A DNA stretch of 64,000 nucleotides from Octopus sinensis (lineage: Eukaryota), in the NCBI RefSeq assembly GCF_006345805.1, contig NC_042997.1:85188001-85252000 (forward strand), read 5' to 3'. The translations under genes and the position numbers were made by a program. The stretch's first letter is position 1. Every line of letters begins with the position of its first letter. The notes under the pieces are model-generated. The model ran no database searches. It saw nothing but the letters and a program-made list of their open reading frames with translations, and had not been told where the DNA came from. Positions 38,947 to 50,726 of this stretch are shown in pieces.

Positions 38947-39110
38947 CAACGAGCTTCTTTCAGTTTCCGTCTACCAAATTCACTCACAAGGCTTTGGTCG
39001 ACCCGAGACTATAGTAGAAGACACTTACCGAAGGTGCCACGCAATTGGACTAAACCCGGAACCATGTGGTTGAGAAGCAAGCATCTTACAACACACCAAC
39101 ACCTGCGCCT
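38635..39110 (-). mobile_element. SINE family B with internal (CA)n(TA)n expansion
   Basis: gagcttctttcagtttccgtctaccaaattcactcacaaggctttggtcgacccgagactatagtagaagacac. Confidence 0.8.
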
Positions 39111-39441
39111 ATGAGAAAGTACATAAAATATATCTCCCCTTAAAAACAATCAGGAAAACATGCATTACTAGTGCACACGTGAGAATGCCATTAATATTTA
39201 CAGATATTAAGGCAGCGAGCTGGCAGAATCGTTAGCACGCCGGGCAAAATATTTAGCAGCATTGCGTCCGGCTTTCAAATTCTCCTTTCGGGATCGATAA
39301 AATAAGTATCAGCTGATAACTGAGGTCAATGTAATCGACTTCCCGCACCCTCGAAATTGCTGGCCTTGTGTCAGAATGTAAAACCCAAATTTACAGATTG
39401 TAGTTGTAGCAGTAGTAGTAGTGGTGGTGTTGGTGTTGTTG

Positions 39442-39473
<32 letters not shown>

Positions 39474-39829
39474 GGTGGTGGTGGTGGTGGTTGTCGTAGC
39501 AGCGGTAACATTAGTTGTTGTTATTGGCAATGGTTTAGCCCGAGGTCAATCTTGATCGAGCAGTGATATGACCTTAAGGTATTCCAATCGGGACCTTCAC
39601 GCCGTATTCCTATGTGTAGGGATGGGGGGGGGAGTGCAAAGGCCACATTAAAAAAAGATTTTTTTGTAAATTTCAGGTAGATTTGACTGCTATAATCTAG
39701 CAGGTAAAGAGACTGCCAAGAAGCTCCTCTGCCGACCAGCACAGATACTAATGTTGCTGTTTTTCTTGGACGTTCCCGAGGTTATCATTAAAGATAATGC
39801 TAATATTTTCCTATAAGGCATGGCTAAGT

Positions 39830-40260
39830 GGTTAAGAAACTCGCTTAGTGGTCACGTGGTTTTGGATTCAATTCCTACTATGCAGAACCTTGAGCAAGAT
39901 ACCGTTGCTATAATCCTAAGCCGACTAATGGTTTGTGAGTGAATTTGGTCGACGGAAACTATGTGGAAGCCTGTCCTATGTGTGTGCGTGTGTTTGTTCG
40001 CTCCACCACAGGACTGACAAACACACACATTCACACACGTTAGACAACTAAATTGCGGGGACGTAAACAAACCAACTGGTTTCGGTTTGCTTACACTTCC
40101 GCAACTTAGCCGTTCGACAATAGAGACAGACAGAATAAGTACCTGAATTTAAAAAGAAAAATAACTACTGGGGTCGATTTGTTCGGCTAAACCCTTCAAG
40201 GTGGTGCCCCAGCATGGCCGTCGCTCTAATGACTGAAACAAGTAAAAGATAAAAGATGAG
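39830..40260 (+). mobile_element. SINE family B
   Basis: ggctaagtggttaag head; ggggtcgatttgttcggctaaacccttcaaggtggtgccccagcatggccg...tgactgaaacaagtaaaagat tail. Confidence 0.75.
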
Positions 40261-40281
40261 TATTTAATCACAACCCTGTTA

Positions 40282-40464
40282 TACTAACTACAGCTCTCTG
40301 ACAGGTTTCTGGTCGAGCCTGTGGAAGTGGAGACCTCCGACGTTCTCGGTCCCCGCACAATATCCCTGCTCACCGCTATCGAGACGAAGATGGCTATTCG
40401 CAAGTTCGGACCCTGTGAATCAGAGTGGCTGTTCCAGCGCTTCTCTCTACCTACATCATACTAG
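40282..40464 (+). pseudogene. CRE-clade-like RLE endonuclease C-terminal fragment
   Basis: Manual translation LSDRFLVEPVEVETSDVLGPRTISLLTAIETKMAIRKFGPCESEWLFQRFSL, matching the CRE-type pattern F.P.AVET.G.LGP....FL..IG..........E..WLFQR.SL. Confidence 0.65.
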
Positions 40465-40949
40465 ACACATTCCCCTTTCTTTTACTTAAGCGAGCTTCAT
40501 TCTTTTCTTTTTTCTGTCTTTGTCTTTTTCATTCATTTTATCTTTTTCTCCCTTTTTTCCCAAACTTTCTTTTTTTTTTTGCTTTGTTTTTGATTTGTTT
40601 CTTTGTTTTGTTTTTGTTTTTGTCTTTTGGAGGGGGTCATTCATCCAGTCAATCATTCTCTCATTCTCTCTTTTTCCTTCAAACTGATCAGGTTAGTCAA
40701 TGGTTAGTGTGGTTGTTGTTGTTGTTGTTCTTGTTGTTGTTGTTGCAGGTGGTGGTGGTGGTGGTGGTGGTGGAGATGATGACGATGATGATAATAGTGG
40801 TGGTGGTGATGTTTAGCTCCAGATTAGTCCTGATCGCGCAGACCCTTCTTTAGAGACATTCTTTCAACGTAACAATCCTTCATTCTTTTCTTCCTTTCTC
40901 TTTCTCGTCTTTCTCCCGCTTTTCCTTTATATTTTATCATTAGAACGTG

Positions 40950-41300
40950 GCCCTGCTGGGGGTCACTGCCTTGTAGGATTTAGTCGAACATATCGACTCC
41001 AGTATTTAGCTTTTGAGTCTGACACGTATTCTGTGCTTCTTTTGCCGAACCACTAAATGACACGAACGTAAACAAACCAACATCGGTTAAACACAATGAC
41101 ACACACACACACACACACATATAAATAAATGTGTGTGTGTGCGCGCGCCCGCGTGTACGATGAGCTTCCACCAGTTCCGTCTCTGAAACACATTCATATG
41201 ACATTGGCCGGTCTGAGGTTATAGTAGAAGACACTTGCCCTGGGTATTGTATAGTGGGACTGAACCCGAAACTATTGGTTGCTATAGGAGCTTCTTAACA
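40950..41300 (-). mobile_element. SINE family B
   Basis: gtcgaacatatcgactccagta...tttgccgaaccactaa...ctgaggttatagtagaagacacttgccc. Confidence 0.75.
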
Positions 41301-41703
41301 GCATATCCTTTCCTTTGTCTTTTTTTCTTTCAGTCGTTCAGTCTTTCACGCTTTCTTTCTTCTTTTCTTCCTTACCACTTTACATTCAATTCAGTCAATT
41401 ACTCGTTCAATCGTTCGTTCATTTCAACATATTTCTGTTTCTCTATAGTCTTAATACAGCTAACAGTGGAGGCAAAGCGCTCTACGTTGTCGTTGGACCT
41501 TCCAGAAATAACAGCTAGATTTCACATCCTTCTTTCTTAAATACCGAAGAAAGCATCGGATACACTGTGTTTGAATACAACACTCAGAAGATAGTTACGT
41601 TGGAAGAATGTCTCGAAATATAGGTCTGCACGGTCAGGACTGACCTGAGGCTAAACATCACCATCACCATCAAAACCTTCACCACTACCACCACCACTAC
41701 CAC

Positions 41704-41739
<36 letters not shown>

Positions 41740-41962
41740 TATCATCATCATCACCACCAACAATAACAGCACTAACATTTGGCTCACCTGATCAGCTCGG
41801 CTGTAAAATGTTTTCCTAAAATAATTCAGCCACATATCGTGAAGGGAAACTCTTTGTTATTGTTATAGCCAATGGTGTTACTGCTATCGTTATTGCTACA
41901 ATTGCTGTTGTTGTGGTTGTTATTGTTGTTGTTGTTTCTGCTATTGTTGTCGTCTTCTTCTT

Positions 41963-42419
41963 CCAATTAGGACTCACGCCATTAGCCACAAAGAATAATC
42001 CTTAATTCGAGCCTTCTCTAAGCTACTAAGAATGCGTGTGGTAACTTGAAGATCCACCCACCACACGCGATAGACTGGCGGTTGCACGGGCGTGAAAGCT
42101 ACGTTGTTATCCTCATTCCGTAAACGGCGGCTTTTAACAGGTGGAGAGCTGAACCGTCCTGGGATACAGAGGATTCGCAATCTAGACTAGGGTCTGAAAG
42201 TTTACCACACCATAGTGGGTTACACCATGGTTCCTCTGCCTCGTGTCAGAAGTAGGAAGAAAGAGTGAAAGTTGTGGTGATAGAATACAGCGGGGTTCAC
42301 CATTACCCCACGCCGGAGCCTCGTGGAGCTTAGGTGTTTTTGCTCAATAAACACTCACAATGCCCAGTGCTTACGACTGCGAGTCCGCTGCACTAACCAC
42401 TGGGCCATTGCGCCTCCAC
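41963..42419 (-). mobile_element. SINE family C, second copy
   Basis: Aligns end to end with 33262-33709. Confidence 0.85.
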
Positions 42420-43190
42420 ATTGTTGTCGTTGCCATTGCACTGGTTGTCGTTGTTGGTTTTGTTGTTACCGTTGTTGCTGCTGCTGCTGCTGCTGCTGTG
42501 TTGTTGTTGTTGTTGTTGTTGCCATTCCTCTTGCTGTCGTTGTTGTTATAACTGCTTCTGTTATTCTATTGTTGTCGTTGTCACTATTGTTGTTTTTTAT
42601 TGTATTTGCAACTATAACTGTTGTGATTGAGGTTATTGTTGCTATCTTTGCTACTACTAATGTTTGTTTGCTAATTCTTGCTTCCGTTGCTGTAATTGTT
42701 GCTATTGCCATTATAATTGCTGTTATTATTGCTTCTATTGTTTCTCCAGCTGGTTGTGCTGTTGTTGTTGTTGTTGCTATCGTATTCCTGTTGTTGTTGT
42801 TGTTGCTGTTGCATTCTTGTCGATGTTATTGTTCCCGTCGCTATTGTCGTTACCACGTCTATTCACGTTATTTTTGGCTATTGCTGTTGCTATCGCTGTC
42901 AATATAACCATAGATGTTGTTATAGTTGTTGCCATTTTTTTAAACTCTTGTTGTTATCGCTGTTGTTAATATTGTCATTGTTGCTATCGCTGCTAATACT
43001 GGTTCTATTTTCATTTACTATAGTTGATGTTGTTATTGCTGTTGTTGTTGCAGCTATAGTTGTTTTCTTATTATTGCTACTGCAGTTCTCGCTGCCGTTA
43101 TTACCGCTAGTGCAGCCGTCCTGTTCTTATTAGTTTCGATGTTGTTGATGCTTCTGGTGTTGTTGGTGTTGTTGTAGTGATTGTGCATCT
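42420..43190. repeat. Long degenerate (GTT/GCT/ATT)n low-complexity tract
   Basis: Direct reading; explains the poly-V/L/C ORFs. Confidence 0.9.
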
Positions 43191-43778
43191 ATACAGTTGA
43201 GTAGTCTTCTATTTAAAAAAGCAATTTTCTAAACCTTACATCACTCCATCAGCGCCTACCGAAGTGTATTGTGCAGGTGAGTGTGTATGTATGCAGGTAC
43301 GTACGTACACATACATGTGTGTGTGTGTGCGTGCGTGTGTATAGATAGATGTACGTGTGTGTGTACATATATAAATATATATAAATACGTGTATATATAT
43401 ATGTATATACATATGTGTATATATCATATATACATATATATGTTTGTATGTTGTATGTATGCACGCACACACACATGCACACATACACGCACACACATGC
43501 GTATATATACAAACAAAATATATAGATAGATAGATATATGGATGCATATGTATATATATATATATATTTACTCATACAAACACAAACATACACAAGCGCA
43601 CACACATACATACATACATACATACATACCTACATACATACATACCTACATACATACATGCATGCATGCATGCATACATACATACATACATACATACATA
43701 CATACATACATACATACATACGTATGTACGTACGTACATACATACATAAATACATACATAAATACATACATACATACA

Positions 43779-43812
<34 letters not shown>

Positions 43813-44022
43813 CATACATACATACTTAGTGAAGAACACCACATACATTCAAACACAGCATATAAATCTATTATCAGTCATCATAATTTAATTTACGGGG
43901 CGATGAGCAATCATCGCCTCTCACGCAAACGCACAGCATGGATAAACACCCGCAGACATAGAGCTGTGTACGACCTGTTGTATTTGTTCACCTGCGTTTG
44001 TGTGTTCGTGTGTGTGTGTGTA

Positions 44023-44054
<32 letters not shown>

Positions 44055-44168
44055 TGTTTGAGTTTGTCTGTGTAAGTGTGTGTCTGTGTGTGCGCGTGTG
44101 TCTATCTGTGAATGAGTAAGGATGTGCGTGAACATGGGCATGTATAGGGTATATACCTACCTACCTAC

Positions 44169-44236
<68 letters not shown>

Positions 44237-44283
44237 TTATCTATGTATCTATCTATGTATCTATCTATCTATTTATCTATTTG

Positions 44284-44336
<53 letters not shown>

Positions 44337-44365
44337 GTCCGTCCGTGCGCAAGTATGACCAACTA

Positions 44366-45365
44366 ATGCTAATGAGTAAACTGATTAATGTTCAATCTTG
44401 AGGAAGTACAGCAATATTAAGCGATTGAAAGTAATGGATCTCTAGCGGAAGAATAGGAATATGTAGGGATCTAGATTGACCCTGCCTGAGATTTGGAGCC
44501 AAATCTACCTGCTTGTCTCTTCATCAATCGTCTGGTGTGGAGAGGACTTCCCTCTAGTTTTGACAAGCAACAAACAGGTAGATTTAGTTTCCACTCTCAG
44601 GCAGGGTCAAGCTAAATCCCTTTACTACCAATTGTAGCGGCTAATGTAATGCTTTGAGTTGTATATTGTAGCCGTCCCAAAAGTAGCGTGTAGATGTAAC
44701 GCTTCAAAGATTCTCTCGTCGGAGTACCAGTAAACATCGAAGAATCAACACCAAGAAGGAAGAAATATTATTTACATATGTTTATTCGTTTGCCTGACAG
44801 GTATTTAAAGAGACAGTAGTAATTCTAGTGATAGTGACAACAAGGTTAGCTCGCTGATTAGTAGTTGATAGGGTAGAAAAAGGTTGCTCCTTGTTCTAAC
44901 TGACGCAAAAGAACGTTTTGTTCCTTGGTCTGACTAACACAAAAGAAGAAGCGATAGGAAATTCTCTCTGTTATATAAACTATGCTCAGTAATGTAAGTC
45001 AAGCCCTAAACAAAGGGCTGACATTTCCTTGACCAGCACAGGTCCTAGGGAGTCGAGTGTTTCCTCATCAATCATCTGGTGTGGAGAGGATTTCCCTCTC
45101 GTTTGGACAAGCAACAAGCACGTAGATTTAATTTCAAATCTCAGGCAGGGTCAAGCTACTTCCGTATAAGTATATCTTCTCTGAGAAGGAACTTATTCCG
45201 AAACGTATTCTATATTAATATATGACCATTTGGTTGTTTTCACATCCGTTCAATCTACTTAGCTACGTTTAAATAGATAACTGTTCGAGTTGTCACATTG
45301 TACATGTTTCAGGCGTTCTGTATACTATCTCTCTTGTTATATATATATATATATATATATATGTG

Positions 45366-45396
<31 letters not shown>

Positions 45397-45438
45397 ATAC
45401 ATATATATATATATACATATATATATACATACATACAT

Positions 45439-45469
<31 letters not shown>

Positions 45470-45861
45470 TACATATGTATATATATAAATGCATATATGT
45501 ATGTGTACATGTATATATATGTACGTATATATATGGATGTATATATATATGTATGTGTGTGTGTGTGTGTGCGCGCGCGTATATAACAAGAGAGATAATA
45601 TACAGAACGTCTGAAACATGTACAATGTGACAACCAACTCGAACTCTGCAGTTATTTATTTATAAACGTAGCTATGTAAATTGAACGGATGTGAAAACAG
45701 CCTAATTGTCATACATTAGTATGGAATACGTTTCGGAATAAGTTCCCTCTCAGAGAAGATATACTCTTATTCTTCCGCTACCAAAAGATCCTTTAATTCC
45801 AATCGCTTAATATTACTGTACCTCAGTAAGATGTAATAGTAACAAGTGTTCTCATTAGCAT
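44366..45861. mobile_element. Foldback structure: ~270-bp inverted arms around a microsatellite spacer, left arm interrupted by a MITE
   Basis: 45168-45340 is the reverse complement of 45581-45768, and 44366-44460 continues the match to 45765-45861. Confidence 0.8.
44464..45166. mobile_element. ~700-bp MITE with ~45-bp TIRs and an internal duplicate of its right end
   Basis: TIRs at 44464-44508 and 45122-45166 (core ttgaccctgcctgagatttg); 44520-44615 is directly repeated at 45065-45160. Confidence 0.75.
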
Positions 45862-46029
45862 ATGCTTGGTTAATTGGGCATGCTAGCGCGCGCACGCACG
45901 CACGCACACACACACACACACAAATAGGTAGATAGAAAGCTAGACAGATGGGTAGGTAGGTACGTAGGTAGGTAGGTAGGCAGGCAGGTAGGTGGGTAGG
46001 TAGGTAGGTAGGTAGGTGGGTAGGTACGT

Positions 46030-46172
<143 letters not shown>

Positions 46173-46549
46173 TGACTGGTACGAAACTAACAGAGAGATG
46201 TGTCCTTTCACGAGAATCGTATAAAAACAGATTATGAAACTCTGGGTAACGGAATGTCAGAAATTGGAGCTGTAAACTTATATGTTAAATATTCACATTA
46301 GGCAGGTTTATATTTTTACTTTCTTATTGGTATTCGTGTGTATTCAATAACAATCACAAACACATCTTTACATGTGTGTTGTGTGTGTGTGTGTGTGTGT
46401 GTGTGTTCCTGTGTCATGTTTTGAAACATTGTGGATTGGAAAATTCATGTGAAATTGTATAGACAACAGTTTACAACACTATGCCCTGGGAAGTAAACAA
46501 GTGTGCATACAGCATCTTATTCTCCCCGCGCATAGAAATATAAAGAGAT

Positions 46550-46591
46550 CCCCTGATACGTTTCGTGGCGTGTTGGCCATTCTTCAGAGGA
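46550..46591 (-). ncRNA. Decayed minimal type I hammerhead ribozyme motif
   Basis: Minus strand: tcct-CTGAAGA-atggc(caacac)gccac-GAAA-cgta-TC-aggg. Core intact, stem I tcct/aggg, stem II with an A.C mismatch at the closing pair. Confidence 0.6.
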
Positions 46592-47271
46592 CTAACACTT
46601 CTAAACTTCTCGTTTCATAAATAACTTCGAAGTAATTATAGTCTAACTTAGTCATAAACTAGTACTAAACAGTAAAGTCTAGAATACTTTGCATGTCACA
46701 TTCGTTAGTTAGCGGCGTGATAGAAGAACTAATAAATATTTTTATGCACCAACAGCATGTATTCGAAATCTCGGTTGAAGTTAATGTAGTTATGACACCT
46801 ACGCTCTCGAAACTAGACAAACGTTCATACAACGTTGTTTTTTTCGTTTTTGTCTTTTTTAACATTTGGGGTGTTTTTAATTTTTTATCTTATACACGAA
46901 AATAAGGAGACTGCAACTCAAGGGCGTAGTGTTGCGTGCTTAATGCAAATGAAATATAAATATGGAAGTTATATGTGGGGAAAATATTAAACATTCTCGA
47001 ATCCGTCTCGAAAACTACTGTTTCACACACAATCGCACAAGTACACAAACACACACAGATACACATGCACACACTCATTGATACTTGGATGTATACAACC
47101 CCCCCCCTTACACACACATACAGAAACACATACGTATATAACTATATATAGAGAGAATTACAACACACACGCATGAACGTTTCTATGAGTGTGTATATTT
47201 GTGTATATATATAAATACATACATACAACATACATACATACATACATACATACATACATACATACATACAT

Positions 47272-47303
<32 letters not shown>

Positions 47304-47394
47304 AATATATATATATATATATGTATATACATATATACATATATTTGGAACGATATAGTATATATGTTTGTACATGTATGTATGAATGCATATA

Positions 47395-47457
<63 letters not shown>

Positions 47458-47983
47458 GTTTTGTGTAAGTACGCATGTTTCTGTGTATGTATGAATGCAT
47501 GCATACGTCCAGCAATGAAAAATTTGATTGGTTCCCTGTAGTTGCGAAGCAAGCAAAAATATGATAATGTCAGTGTTGTATTTATGCATCTACTTACATT
47601 TTCACTATACACTGTAATTCTGTTAGCACAGTCAGCATCCATTTTCCTAGGGAATCGTTTATTCAATTAATATTGAATGTTGATGTATCAATATAACTTC
47701 CCTTATCTTCATTTGAGATTAATCTTTTTTCATTTATTAGCCAAAATGTTCATGTTTCAGATTCTGAAAATTACAGGGATGATAATTCACAGATGCACAC
47801 ATCCATTTTTATCTGCATGTCTGTCTGTCTGTCTGTCTCTATTTATTAGCCATCTATTTCTCTATGTATCTACTTATCCATCAATCCATTTATGTATCTA
47901 TGCATCTATCTATCTACCCATCTATCTATGTAATTATCCAACTATCTATTTATGTTTCTATCTATCTATTTATCTATCTACCC

Positions 47984-48037
<54 letters not shown>

Positions 48038-48255
48038 GTATCATCTTTAATTATCGTCTGTCACGATTTCGGCTTATTAGGCTTATTGCGTGCACGTATG
48101 TGTGTGTGTGATTGTGTATATATGTATGAGTGTATAAGAGAGACAGACAGCTAGTCAGACAAACAGTGGGATAGAAAAGTAAGCGGGTTCCGAAAAAAGA
48201 TATGTGCATGTGAATTTAATGTATGTGTAAGTGTGTGTGTATGTACACACACGCA

Positions 48256-48301
<46 letters not shown>

Positions 48302-48394
48302 TATAACTTAATAAATAAAATATATGCATACATACATACATATATGTATGTACATACATATATGTATGTACATACATCTGCATGTATATATACA

Positions 48395-48450
<56 letters not shown>

Positions 48451-49699
48451 GAGTACAGAACACCACAAATAAACGTAGAACTCAACGAGAAACGAAAACA
48501 TAAAAACAAACTAGGAAACGGACTTTTTTAACAACGAAAAAACAGAATACAAAACAAACAATACAAGGAATATTCCCCTTCGTCAGCTGTCCCTGGTTCG
48601 ACTCAACGCGTGTTTCGAAGGTAAGGACAGAACACGATCCGGTCGAGCAGTCCTTCCTGCAAAAGAATTAAATAAAATTCCATTGCAGAGGGGTAAAAAC
48701 AAGGAAAGAAAAAAATGTGACAAGAACAGGACGTAAAAGCGATACAAATAAAAATACAAATACAAAATAAAAATACAAATGCAAATAAAATACAGTATAC
48801 ATAAAGAATAAAAACAGTACAATGAAACTAACATTGAGGGCTTTTTTTAAGCCTAGACAATGGAAAAATTCGGAGCGCAAGAAAAAGTCGTGTTGACTTG
48901 TAGAAAGCAGCGAGTGAAAGGAAGTTGATGGTCCACTCGGCAGTGAGAGAGATGAGGAGGAGTGAGAGAGAAAGAGATAGAGAGGAAAGGAAACCAGAAA
49001 GGGTAAGAAATAAGAAGGAGAGACACAGGCAAAGAGGAAGACAGACAGGGAGGAAGGAAAGGTCAAGCAAAGGGTTACAGAGTTCGCGTCATAATTATAT
49101 ATAAAAACTTACTTGGAGAAAAGAAACGAAACGAAACGACGCGATGGCGCTCAGTCATACAATAAATGCATATATAAATGCATATATATATATGCATATA
49201 TATATTTGTGTGTGTGTGAGTAGGTATGTATACACATATACATATATTCTTGTGTGTGTCCGTCTGTGTCTGTGTAAACATATATGTATATATGCGTGTG
49301 TATGTAAATATCAAAAAGTACCACAATTCCACTAAATACATCTCAACGCATTCAATTTATTTATTGAGAGTACTAAACGCATATCTTTATACTTTTGCAA
49401 ATTTCATGGAGAATTTGATAAAGCCTAAATTTAAAAAGTTAAAGTAAAGAATGTACCTCGTAAGGAAATATGTACAGTTTTAATTCACAGTTCTCTCCCG
49501 TGACAAACATATTTGTTTCAATGACTATTATTCTATTCGGACGGTGTTGTAAAAACACCATCTCTTGCAACCAACCTTCTTGTAGTATTAGGTTACATGA
49601 GATTAGATAAAAACTGATCACGTCGTTTGCATCCACTAAGGTTATACTGTCTCATGAAACAACAAATACTTCAAAATTCACTCAACATTGAACCAAATT

Positions 49700-50000
49700 C
49701 CAAGGGACATCATCTATGGAGTAATGAGACTCACACACCACTGAGTACCTCCATTACGGTTTCTTTTCTTAGTGACCATCTTGAAGGCGACCGTCTTGGT
49801 CTTTTCCTTGACGACCACCAGCCACCTGTATGGTTTCTGTAAAGTGTAACCCACAGGGGGACCAATCTCTCTTATGACATCCACCAGAGGACCCACATCT
49901 TAACAAAATTTGATGTAAGCAATGTTGTCATCCTGGACATCAGCAAAGCTTTCGACCATGTCTGCTATGCAAATCTCTCAAGACTTTCTCCCATAGGCTC
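49700..50000 (+). pseudogene. CR1/Jockey-like RT fragment
   Basis: 49921-49968 translates NVVILDISKAFDHVCY; upstream remnants read SDHLE...DHQ..YGF. Confidence 0.65.
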
Positions 50001-50121
50001 AACCGATCTCTCACGATATATTCAAGAGCATGCAGATTGATCAAAAAGCTATTCTAAAAATGCAGCTGGTTGACACGTTCTAAGAGATAATAAAGTTGTC
50101 AAGAACTCAACTGTCAGTTTT

Positions 50122-50160
50122 AAATCTGATGAGTACAATATGTATGAAAGCGCTAATTTT
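50122..50160 (+). ncRNA. Minimal type I hammerhead ribozyme motif (Penelope-type)
   Basis: aaat-CTGATGA-gtac(aatat)gtat-GAAA-gcgc-TA-attt. All core nucleotides are present, with a palindromic AGCGCT stem III and stem I aaat/attt. Confidence 0.7.
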
Positions 50161-50238
50161 GTTAAAATACCATAATAAAAAACATGAAAACTAGACTGTT
50201 TTAACTTTATTCATCTTATACACACACACACACACACA

Positions 50239-50284
<46 letters not shown>

Positions 50285-50672
50285 ATATATATATATATAT
50301 ATATAATAGTAGGGAATATAATTCCAAACATACAGGGGAAAATTCAATTTACCAATTCTAAATCAAATTTCACAATATATAATATACGTATATGGTTTAG
50401 AGAAAAACATCTATTAAGCAATTCAATAGTGGAAGACGTTATTCACATCATATAGAAAAAATAAATATACTATAAAAACCTTATTCTAAAAATCAATAAA
50501 GTACATAAACAATAAATAGTAAATTCGATTTAAAATTAAATCGATCTAAAATTAATTCTATTTAAAAATATAGTCACTCATCAGGTCTAGAATTGTAATA
50601 ATAATAATAATAATAATGTACGTATCTTAACTTATAATAATTATCAAATAAATATAGAAATATACGTGTTTT

Positions 50673-50726
<54 letters not shown>

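Noticed and set aside
48560-48630. Minus-strand CTGACGA with upstream GAAA (possible type II hammerhead)
   Set aside because: No convincing stem I or stem III, and no GAAA follows stem II.
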